The notes beneath the pieces were generated by a model. The model made no database searches. It was not told the origin of the DNA and was given only the letters and a program-made list of their open reading frames with translations. A stretch of 64,000 nucleotides of DNA, taken from positions 24,865-88,864 of the IMG/VR virus record IMGVR_UViG_3300025382_000004; one strand, written 5' to 3'. Origin of the DNA: a virus. Lineage: Duplodnaviria; Caudoviricetes. A program made the translations under genes and the position numbers. This document shows, in pieces, positions 56,044 to 64,000 of the stretch (positions are counted from its first letter, which is position 1; each line of letters starts with the position of its first letter).

Positions 56044-58623
56044 ATGGGAATTGCAAACGTTAACCTCACTGATACATTCCAAACCTGGGTTACTAAAACT
56101 AACCAGGTGATCATTTATGCAAACCAGTTAGATAATACGCAAAATTTACAGTTTCAAGCTCTAAATACATCTTTCACCACTTTGAATTCTGCATATACAA
56201 CGACAAATTCTAGTTATGTCGTTACTAACATTGCTTTCAATACCACAAATGCTTGTTATAACGTAACAAATGCTAATTATGATACAACAAATGCTAACTA
56301 TATCCTTACCAATTCAGCATTTGTTCGTGTAAATTCGGTTTATGATCTAACAAATTCCAATTATGATACAACCAATGCAGCATGGGGTATGCTAAATTCT
56401 GCATATGTTGTTGCCAACGCAGCATATAATAATGCCAATGTTGGTTTTATTTCTACTAATAACTATGCTAATCTTGTAGGTATATCCTCTAATGCTTATG
56501 CCGTAGTGGTTGGAGCATCCGCAAATGCATATACAAATGTTGTAGGTTCATCATCCAATGCTTATACCAATGTTGCGGTAACAGCATCAAATGCATATAC
56601 AAATGTTGTAGGTTCATCGGCCAATGCTTATTCAAATTTTGTAGGAATAGCAGGAAATGCTTATACCAATGTTGCGGTAACAGCATCAAATGCATATACA
56701 AATGTTGTAGGTTCATCGGCCAATGCTTATTCCGTAGTAATTGGTGCCTCTGGTAATGCTTATGCCAACGTAGTTGGTACATCAGGCAATTCTTATACGG
56801 TTGTTGTTGGTACATCAGGTAATGCATTTGCCAATGTTGTTGGTGTTAATGCTAATAACTGGAGCAATTCATATTCTAATACGGTTGGTGTTAATGCTAA
56901 TAACTGGGCAAATACCGTAGTTCTTAATGCCAATACATATGCTAACTTGGTTGGTGCTAGTGCTAATGCCTATACAATGACCGTGGATTCAAAGGCACAA
57001 TCGGCATTTACCTTAGCAAATAACGTAAACGGTGCTATAACACTTATATTAGGAAATAGTGCAAACTCTCTACAAGTAGCACAAGCAAACTATAATACAA
57101 CCAATGCGGCGTTTGACTCTGCTAACACAACTGCTAATAATCTCGCTAATACCGCCGTTGCTGCCAATAACTATGCTGGTTATATGGCAAATTCCGCCAA
57201 CGGCCGCGCTAATACTACCGTTGCTGCTGCTTATGCATATGTAAATACTACCTCATCTTCAATAAATGCTTATGCTAACCTTGTCGGAACATCTGGCAAT
57301 GCTTATATAGTTGTTGTTGGTGCTTCAGGAAATGCTTATACAAATACAGTAACAGCATCCGATAGAGCATATACCAATACATCCGTAACATCGGCTAATG
57401 CCTATTCCGTAGTAGTTGGTGCCTCTGGTAATGCCTATTCAAACGTTGTAGGAGCATCTGGTAATGCTTATGCTAACGTAGTTGGTGCCTCTGGTAATGC
57501 ATACTCCAACGTAGTTGGAACGTCAGGAAACGCCTATTCAGTAGTAGTTGGAGCATCTGGTAATGCCTATACTAACGTAGTTGGAACTAGTGCCAATAAC
57601 TATGCGTCGGCCACATATTATGCTAAAGTGGGCGGAACAATTTCAGGCGATGTATTCATTACAGGCAACTTAACCATTGCTGGTAATACCACATATGCCA
57701 ATACAAATACATTCCTTGTAGGAAATAATACTATTGTCCTTGATACAAACTTACCAAGTTCTGCATCACCATTCTTAAACGCAGGTATCATTGTTAATAG
57801 AGGCAATAAAAATTCTAATGCTGCTATTACATGGGTTGAAGTATCAAATGCTTGGGCATTTACAAGTAATACACTAAATGCTTACACAACTTTTATCGCA
57901 TCAAATGGTGATGTTCTTTCTGTAGCAACAAATACAACTGCTGCTTTCGGACATTCTAATTTAACTTATGCAGCAGTAAATAGTGCCTTTGGTGTTATCA
58001 ATGCCGCCTTTGGTGTTGCTAATAATGCCTATACTTCCACTAATGGTTCTGCTGCCTTTGGTTTTGCTAATGGTGTTTCAACCAATACTACCGCAGCATT
58101 TGCCAAAGCAAATGGTGTATCAGCCGGTGCTAATGCTTATGCCTCATCGGTTGGTACTTCTACCAATAACTATACATCTGCTACTTACTCAACATTAACA
58201 CAATTTGGATCAGTGTTTGGTGTTGCTAATTCTGCTTTTACAAAAGCAAATAATGCTGCTACTTCTGCTAATCCAACATTTACAGGAACAATTGATCTTA
58301 CATCTGCAAGTTTTAAAAACCAAACATTAACAGATGCAGCAACAATTTCGTGGGATACATCATTAGGCACAGTTGCAACTATCACATTAGGCGACAACAG
58401 GATTATGGGTGCTCCGACAAATCTCAAAGTTTCTACATATATACTACACGTTTATCAAGACTCAACAGGAGATAGAACTCTTGATTTTACAACCGCAGGT
58501 ATATTCAAATGGCCAGGAGGTGTTGCTCCTGTAATAACACCAGGTCCAAATGCTCATGATGTTATTTCTTTTGTCTGTGATGGTACTTATCTTTATGGAT
58601 CATGGTTACCAGACGTAACTTAA
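56044..58623 (+). CDS. tail fibre-like protein with Asn/Ala-rich 7- and 11-residue repeats
   Basis: NAYxNVVGxS repeats; C-terminal ISWD...QD.TG.RTL...KWPGG.AP domain. Confidence 0.75.
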   Translation: MGIANVNLTDTFQTWVTKTNQVIIYANQLDNTQNLQFQALNTSFTTLNSAYTTTNSSYVVTNIAFNTTNACYNVTNANYDTTNANYILTNSAFVRVNSVYDLTNSNYDTTNAAWGMLNSAYVVANAAYNNANVGFISTNNYANLVGISSNAYAVVVGASANAYTNVVGSSSNAYTNVAVTASNAYTNVVGSSANAYSNFVGIAGNAYTNVAVTASNAYTNVVGSSANAYSVVIGASGNAYANVVGTSGNSYTVVVGTSGNAFANVVGVNANNWSNSYSNTVGVNANNWANTVVLNANTYANLVGASANAYTMTVDSKAQSAFTLANNVNGAITLILGNSANSLQVAQANYNTTNAAFDSANTTANNLANTAVAANNYAGYMANSANGRANTTVAAAYAYVNTTSSSINAYANLVGTSGNAYIVVVGASGNAYTNTVTASDRAYTNTSVTSANAYSVVVGASGNAYSNVVGASGNAYANVVGASGNAYSNVVGTSGNAYSVVVGASGNAYTNVVGTSANNYASATYYAKVGGTISGDVFITGNLTIAGNTTYANTNTFLVGNNTIVLDTNLPSSASPFLNAGIIVNRGNKNSNAAITWVEVSNAWAFTSNTLNAYTTFIASNGDVLSVATNTTAAFGHSNLTYAAVNSAFGVINAAFGVANNAYTSTNGSAAFGFANGVSTNTTAAFAKANGVSAGANAYASSVGTSTNNYTSATYSTLTQFGSVFGVANSAFTKANNAATSANPTFTGTIDLTSASFKNQTLTDAATISWDTSLGTVATITLGDNRIMGAPTNLKVSTYILHVYQDSTGDRTLDFTTAGIFKWPGGVAPVITPGPNAHDVISFVCDGTYLYGSWLPDVT
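56557..56732 (+). repeat. exact 77-bp direct repeat at 99-bp period within the fibre gene
   Basis: 56557-56633 equals 56656-56732. Confidence 0.85.
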
Positions 58624-58632
58624 GGAAAAAAA

Positions 58633-58974
58633 ATGTCCGAATACGTAGAACTTTATATGGACCAAGGTGCAGACTTTAGCACTACTATACAGATAAATAG
58701 TGAAGATAATAATTTAGCACAAAACCTAACTGGTTATATTGTAACCAGTCAAATGAGAAAATCTTTAGTTTCTATAAATGCAACTGCCAACTTGGTTTGT
58801 ACCATTCCTGATGCCAATACAGGCGAGATTTTTGTAGAACTAGATGCTGCTAATACGGCCAATATAGAGGCTGGAACATATTTCTTTGATGTTAAAGTGA
58901 ATGATACTGTTGCTGGATTAAGATCCAGACTTATTGAAGGTATTATGTTTGTTACTCCAACAATAACACAATAG
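58633..58974 (+). CDS. small tail adaptor-like structural protein
   Basis: L..DQGADF...NLTGY...QMRKS...G.Y..DV...R..EG...V.P. Confidence 0.7.
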   Translation: MSEYVELYMDQGADFSTTIQINSEDNNLAQNLTGYIVTSQMRKSLVSINATANLVCTIPDANTGEIFVELDAANTANIEAGTYFFDVKVNDTVAGLRSRLIEGIMFVTPTITQ

Positions 58975-58984
58975 GTACAACTAT

Positions 58985-59194
58985 ATGGCCAAAATAGTAG
59001 TAACAACAACACCTAAAAACCGAATTTTGATAAATACATTTAATGGCGCAGGTGGCGGCGGAGTCCAAGAACTTGTTCAACTTAAAGACGTTGATGCCAG
59101 CCATATAGCAAATAACGAGACAGTCGTTTATGATGAGCAAAGTGGAAAATTTGTAATCGAAGCATTGCCCATCTTAGACGGAGGAGAATTTTAA
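58985..59194 (+). CDS. small tail-associated protein ending LDGGEF
   Basis: L..L.DVD motif; C-terminal DGG.F shared with the next gene. Confidence 0.65.
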   Translation: MAKIVVTTTPKNRILINTFNGAGGGGVQELVQLKDVDASHIANNETVVYDEQSGKFVIEALPILDGGEF

Positions 59195-59197
59195 GAT

Positions 59198-60328
59198 ATG
59201 ACAGCAAGTAATACAATCATCCAGATCAAACGATCTTCATCAACAGTAGTTCCAATAGACGGATCACTAAATCCAGCGGAACTTGCGTATTCCTATAATT
59301 CTGAAAAACTATTTATAGGTAATGCAGCTGGCGATGGCGTTATAGCCATTGGCGGTCAGTTTTTCATTGATCAACAGAACAGTATTTACGATTTAGTTAA
59401 TGCTGCTTATGCACAAGCAAATACTTCTTCTGATACATCTTTTATATTTGACCTATTAAATGTAACATTTAATACCACTAATTCTGCATACACTCTTGCT
59501 AATGCTAACTTTGATGTTACCAATGCGGCATATGGATTAGCAAATTCCAATTATGATGTTACCAATGCAGCATACACTCTTGCCAATGCTAACTTTGACG
59601 TTACCAATGCTGCATATACACTGGCCAATGCTAACTTTGATGTAGCAAATGCTGCTTATGGTTATGCAAACGCATCTAATACTTGGGCAAATACAACATT
59701 TGTAAAATTGTCTTTACCTGGACAAACACAAACGATTGCAAGTGATATTGCTATTACAGGTAATCTTAATGTAACTGGTACAACCACTTATGTTAATACA
59801 ACAACAGCTCAAGTAGGCACTAATCTTCTTATTTTGGATGCAGAGTTACCAAACACAGATGCACCATATATGTTGCAATCTGGTTTTCAAGTTAACCGTG
59901 GTTCATCTACCAATACATATCTCGTTTGGGACGAATCATTTACTAAATGGGCCTTTTCAAATGACGGTTTAAATGAACTATTCATTGCTTCTAATACAGA
60001 CATTGAGGCCGGTAATTCTTATGCATCAGCAGTTGGCGTTGCTGCTAACGTTTATGCTGCGGCAGTTGGTGTATCTGCTAATGTTTATGCCGATGGAGTA
60101 GGATCAGCTGCAAATACAAATGCTGCTAATGCATCCTACATTAATACAGGAACACTAGCAGTTCCTTATGGCGGTACAGGAGTAGGTACATTCACCGTAA
60201 ACGGTATACTATACGGTAATACAACAGGTCCTTTGAACGTAACTGCTGCTGGTACATCAGGTCAAGTATTACAGGCTGATACACTCGGTGTTCCATTCTT
60301 CGGTATGCTAGACGGAGGTTCTTTCTAA
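59198..60328 (+). CDS. fibre protein with Mtd-like N-terminus and 14-residue repeats
   Basis: IQIKRS...L...ELAYS; TNAAYTLANANFDV repeats; ends LDGGSF. Confidence 0.7.
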   Translation: MTASNTIIQIKRSSSTVVPIDGSLNPAELAYSYNSEKLFIGNAAGDGVIAIGGQFFIDQQNSIYDLVNAAYAQANTSSDTSFIFDLLNVTFNTTNSAYTLANANFDVTNAAYGLANSNYDVTNAAYTLANANFDVTNAAYTLANANFDVANAAYGYANASNTWANTTFVKLSLPGQTQTIASDIAITGNLNVTGTTTYVNTTTAQVGTNLLILDAELPNTDAPYMLQSGFQVNRGSSTNTYLVWDESFTKWAFSNDGLNELFIASNTDIEAGNSYASAVGVAANVYAAAVGVSANVYADGVGSAANTNAANASYINTGTLAVPYGGTGVGTFTVNGILYGNTTGPLNVTAAGTSGQVLQADTLGVPFFGMLDGGSF

Positions 60329-60357
60329 TTTTTTAACTCGTAAACTGGAGATTGGTT

Positions 60358-61005
60358 ATGTCGGATTCAAGTGCTTTTGTTAATTCTTATATTGAAAATG
60401 CGATTGGAATGTTACATGAAAATATAAGTACCATTCTACAATTAAAAACGCAGACAAAATTATCAAATGATATAGCAAAAGCAAAAGTTGAAGAAGTAAT
60501 AAAACTCCAAGAAGAGTTGAATAAAGTTAAATCCGAATTGGAAATGAGTAAGTCCGACCTACAATCAAAGTTGGACTTTACTCGTTCCGATTTGGAAGGC
60601 AAATTAAGTAATACTCGCACAGAACTGCAAAAAACTAAAACAATTGACAATGAGCAAATAAATAATGCTCGTAAAGATGCCAAAAGATGGGAAGATGAAT
60701 GTAATGCATTGAAAAATAAAGTATCAGTTTTAGATACTTTGACTAATCAATTCAATGATGTAAAAAAGCAACTTATTGATAAAAATAATGAATTTAATTC
60801 TTTAAAAGAAAAATATGATAGTTTACAAAACTTAGCTACTGAATTAGATAAACTGAAAAAATTACTTGATGAAAAAGAAAAACAAATAGAAATACTTGAA
60901 AATCAAAATGTTAAAAAATCGTCTCAATCTTTTCCTAAAAAAAGTATAAATACTAAAAACATTGTTTCATCTGTAGAACCGGAAGAGAAAGCTGACGATT
61001 TTTAA
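60358..61005 (+). CDS. long coiled-coil protein
   Basis: Continuous heptads rich in L/K/E. Confidence 0.7.
   Translation: MSDSSAFVNSYIENAIGMLHENISTILQLKTQTKLSNDIAKAKVEEVIKLQEELNKVKSELEMSKSDLQSKLDFTRSDLEGKLSNTRTELQKTKTIDNEQINNARKDAKRWEDECNALKNKVSVLDTLTNQFNDVKKQLIDKNNEFNSLKEKYDSLQNLATELDKLKKLLDEKEKQIEILENQNVKKSSQSFPKKSINTKNIVSSVEPEEKADDF
60945..60952 (+). promoter_or_regulatory. late promoter TATAAATA
   Basis: Exact motif 53 nt before the fibre gene at 61005. Confidence 0.55.
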
Positions 61006-62828
61006 TGTCAAACACAGTAATTCAACTTAAAAGTTCCGGTGTACCGTCTCATATTCCGACTAGTCTGGCCAATGGTGAGATTGCTCTTAACTATGCTGAT
61101 GGTAAATTTTATTATAAAAACGTTACAGGACAAATTGTAAGTTTTTCTGGTTCTGGTAATGTTTATAGTTTTGCTACTATTAATGCCAATAACTCTCTTA
61201 TTACAGCACTAAGTAATAGTTCAGTTCTTTCTATAGTTCCAGGTCAAAATATTGGTATTACTTCCGATATTATCAACGACATCATAACTATTAGTGCTAA
61301 TTTAAAACCAGCATTTGACATTGCCAATTCTGCATTTAACTATGCTAATACGCTTTCAGGTGGATTAAATCTTACAGACATTAGTGATAGAGCAAACCTT
61401 GCTTTAGATGAGGCAAACGCTGCCTATGATGTTGCCAATGCTGCCTATGGTGCTGCTAATGCTGCCAGTGGTGGTATTGATATTACAGCGATTTATAATG
61501 AGGCAAACGCTGCCTATGATGTTGCCAATGCTGCCTTTAATTATGCTAATGGAATTGGAACTTATGAATCCGCTTCTTATAATGTTGCTAATGCGGCATT
61601 TGACAAGGCCAATTCTGCCAACTCTCTAGCATATAATACTGGTATTGGTGCAAATAACTATGCCGGTGCAATGGCTAATAGTTCTAATGGTTATGCATAT
61701 AATGTAGGTATTTCTGGTAATGCATATGCCGATACAATTGGAACAAATGCTAATAATTATGCCAATCTATCATTTTATACCATTGCTAACGGACAATCTT
61801 TATATGATACATCTAATGCAGCATTTGGTGTCGCTAATTCAGCATATGATAATGCCAATGCTACATTAATACTAACACAGGCAGCATTTGATTATGCCAA
61901 CTCTATAGGTACCAGTGAAAGTGCGGCGTATCTTGTTGCTAATGATGCCTTTGATACAGCCAATGCTGCTTATGATAAAGCAAACTCTGCCAATTCTTTA
62001 GCATACAATACTGGTATCGGTGCTAATGCTTATTCTTACATCTCAACATCTTCTGCAAATAACTATGCTGGTGTTATGGCAAATTCTGTTAATGCTTATG
62101 TTGATACATCCACCAGTGCTGCCAATAACTTTGCCGGTGCAATGGCAAATTCATCCAATGCCTATACCAGAACATTTGCTAATACAGTTGGTGTAAAAGC
62201 AAACACATGGGCCAATACCGTTGGTGCTTCTGGAAATGCTTATACTAATCTATCCACAACATCTGCCAATAACTATGCTGGATATCTATCAAATACTGTA
62301 TATGGTTATGTAAACACCTCTATGACAATTGCCAATGCAGCATTTGATAATTCCAATACTTCATATAATCTGACAAATGCAACCTATACTGCGGTTAATT
62401 CAGCATTTGGTGTTATCAATGCGGCATTTACAACTGCTAATAATGCACTGGCAAACAATTCTGGTAGCGTATTTAATGGTGACCTGATAATTACAGGAAG
62501 TGTAACAGTAGGATCTTCCGAACTCACAAACTTTACATTAACAACATCTTCAAATAATGACCAAATTCTAGACCATTTCCAAACAACTTCATATCGTTCG
62601 GCTCATTATACTATTACAATTGATGCTGGTGTTGAATGGGAAACCACACAGATTTCTCTAATTCATAATAGCACAGATACATTTATTACAGAATATGGAT
62701 TGTTATATACTTCCAACATTCTTGCTACATTTAGTGCATCTGTTACTTTAGGTGAAGTTAGATTAAATGTTGTTCCTAAGTATGCTTCTTCTACAATTAG
62801 AGTATTAAGAACAACACTTGATGATTAA
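61005..62828 (+). CDS. fibre protein with Mtd-like N-terminus and Asn/Ala-rich stalk
   Basis: IQLK.S...P.SL..GEIALNYADGK; ANAAY repeats; C-terminal LD.F...YRSA.Y.I domain. Confidence 0.7.
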   Translation: MSNTVIQLKSSGVPSHIPTSLANGEIALNYADGKFYYKNVTGQIVSFSGSGNVYSFATINANNSLITALSNSSVLSIVPGQNIGITSDIINDIITISANLKPAFDIANSAFNYANTLSGGLNLTDISDRANLALDEANAAYDVANAAYGAANAASGGIDITAIYNEANAAYDVANAAFNYANGIGTYESASYNVANAAFDKANSANSLAYNTGIGANNYAGAMANSSNGYAYNVGISGNAYADTIGTNANNYANLSFYTIANGQSLYDTSNAAFGVANSAYDNANATLILTQAAFDYANSIGTSESAAYLVANDAFDTANAAYDKANSANSLAYNTGIGANAYSYISTSSANNYAGVMANSVNAYVDTSTSAANNFAGAMANSSNAYTRTFANTVGVKANTWANTVGASGNAYTNLSTTSANNYAGYLSNTVYGYVNTSMTIANAAFDNSNTSYNLTNATYTAVNSAFGVINAAFTTANNALANNSGSVFNGDLIITGSVTVGSSELTNFTLTTSSNNDQILDHFQTTSYRSAHYTITIDAGVEWETTQISLIHNSTDTFITEYGLLYTSNILATFSASVTLGEVRLNVVPKYASSTIRVLRTTLDD

Positions 62829-62848
62829 GGTATTAAAAATAAAAATTA

Positions 62849-62856
62849 TATAAATA
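62849..62856 (+). promoter_or_regulatory. late promoter TATAAATA
   Basis: Intergenic exact motif. Confidence 0.75.
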
Positions 62857-62889
62857 GATAAAATAGACATTTAGGGGAAAGGGAACCAA

Positions 62890-64000
62890 GTGTCAAACAA
62901 AGAATTTATAGTCCGCAATGGGCTAGTTGTCACTGCCAATGCAAACATCACAAATCCAACACTGTTGGTTGCCGGACAAAACGTCCTAGCATCAATCATT
63001 TCTGCCAATAACTATGCTGGTTATATGGCAAATTCCTCTAATGTCTATGTCGATACGTCTACCAATGCAGCAAACAACTATGCCGGCGTTATGGCAAACG
63101 GTGCAGGTACCATCGCCAATGCGGCCTTTGGTCATTCCAATACAACATATGCTGCGGTCAATTCTGCTTTTGGTGTTATCAATGCCTCATTTGGTTCAGC
63201 AAATACCGTAGGTGGTTATGCCAATACAGCTGGATCACTAGCTAACCAGGCAGGTGTTATTGCAAATGCAGCATTTGGTTCATCCAATACAGCAGGATCA
63301 TACGCAAACACTGCCGGTGGTAATGCCAATCAGGCAGGTGTTATTGCTAACGCATCTTTTACTATTGCTAATGGTGCTTATGATCATTCCAATAACATAT
63401 CCATTTCTGCCAATAATTGGGCAAATACAGTTGGTGCCGCAGGTAATGTTTATGTAAATACAGCGACTCAAAGTGCTAATAATTATGCCGGTGTTATGGC
63501 AAATGCATCTAATGCTTGGGCTAATACAACCGGTGTTTCTGGTAATAATTATGCTGGACTTATGGCAAATAGTTCCAATGGTTATGCTTATACCATTGGT
63601 ATCTCCGGTAATGCTTATGCTAACTTTGTAGGTGCTGCTGCCAATGCTTATTCTGGGTCAATTGGAGTAAATGCCAATGCTTATGCCAATACTGTAGCAA
63701 TAGCATCCAATAATTATACAAACGTTGCAGTTGCCGCAGTAAATGCTTATGTCAACTTATCAACCTCAGCATCTAATACCTGGTCCAATACTGTTGGTGC
63801 TTCAGGTAATGCCTATGTAAATCTATCCACATCATCAGCAAATAACTATGCTGGTGCAATGGCAAATGCGGTCAATGCTTATACTGCATCATCTTATACA
63901 GTCAAGGGAGCATATGATGTTGCTAATGCGGCCTTTGGTATCGCTAATGCTGGATATGTTTCAGGTAATGCTAACTATGTTCTAACAAATACCGTATTTG
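62890..64000 (+). CDS. 3'-truncated Asn/Ala-rich fibre protein (not in the ORF track)
   Basis: GTG start; MSNKEFIVRNGLVV...; frame stays open to the window end with ANNYAGxMAN repeats. Confidence 0.75.
   Translation, partial: MSNKEFIVRNGLVVTANANITNPTLLVAGQNVLASIISANNYAGYMANSSNVYVDTSTNAANNYAGVMANGAGTIANAAFGHSNTTYAAVNSAFGVINASFGSANTVGGYANTAGSLANQAGVIANAAFGSSNTAGSYANTAGGNANQAGVIANASFTIANGAYDHSNNISISANNWANTVGAAGNVYVNTATQSANNYAGVMANASNAWANTTGVSGNNYAGLMANSSNGYAYTIGISGNAYANFVGAAANAYSGSIGVNANAYANTVAIASNNYTNVAVAAVNAYVNLSTSASNTWSNTVGASGNAYVNLSTSSANNYAGAMANAVNAYTASSYTVKGAYDVANAAFGIANAGYVSGNANYVLTNTVF

Noticed and set aside
56044-64000. Repeats as a CRISPR- or TIGR-like array, or as DGR template/variable repeats
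   Set aside because: The repeats are in-frame coding units with synonymous variation. There are no unique spacers, no adenine-specific substitutions and no reverse transcriptase in the window.

Overview
64 kb of a lytic T4-like myovirus genome, not a bacterial chromosome. 1-5.5 kb: late head-associated genes and lysis genes. 5.5-31 kb: replication and nucleotide metabolism genes (gp61 primase, thyX, class II nrdJ, glutaredoxin, rnh, phoH, gp33, gp59, gp32) mixed with accessory and small early genes. 31-64 kb: baseplate and tail module (gp26, 51, 54-like, 48, 4, 2, 53, 25, 6, 7, 8) and a family of Asn/Ala-rich fibre genes. The host is most likely an alphaproteobacterium (inference), based on a circularly permuted two-piece tmRNA with an ANDN...ALAA tag and on RegA/RegR-like boxes. 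The most notable signals are not in the ORF track: (1) a covarying two-hairpin RNA leader with a late promoter in front of three related GIY-YIG endonucleases; (2) the permuted tmRNA; (3) four early-promoter cassettes, each with a TGCGAC-N5-GTCGCA palindrome exactly 21 bp upstream of the -35; (4) a duplicated, recoded glutaredoxin 3' end flanking one endonuclease; (5) a nuclease-methyltransferase pair gated by an RBS-occluding hairpin; (6) an exported HNH plus L,D-transpeptidase pair. All family assignments come from motif recognition by eye; no database searches were run.
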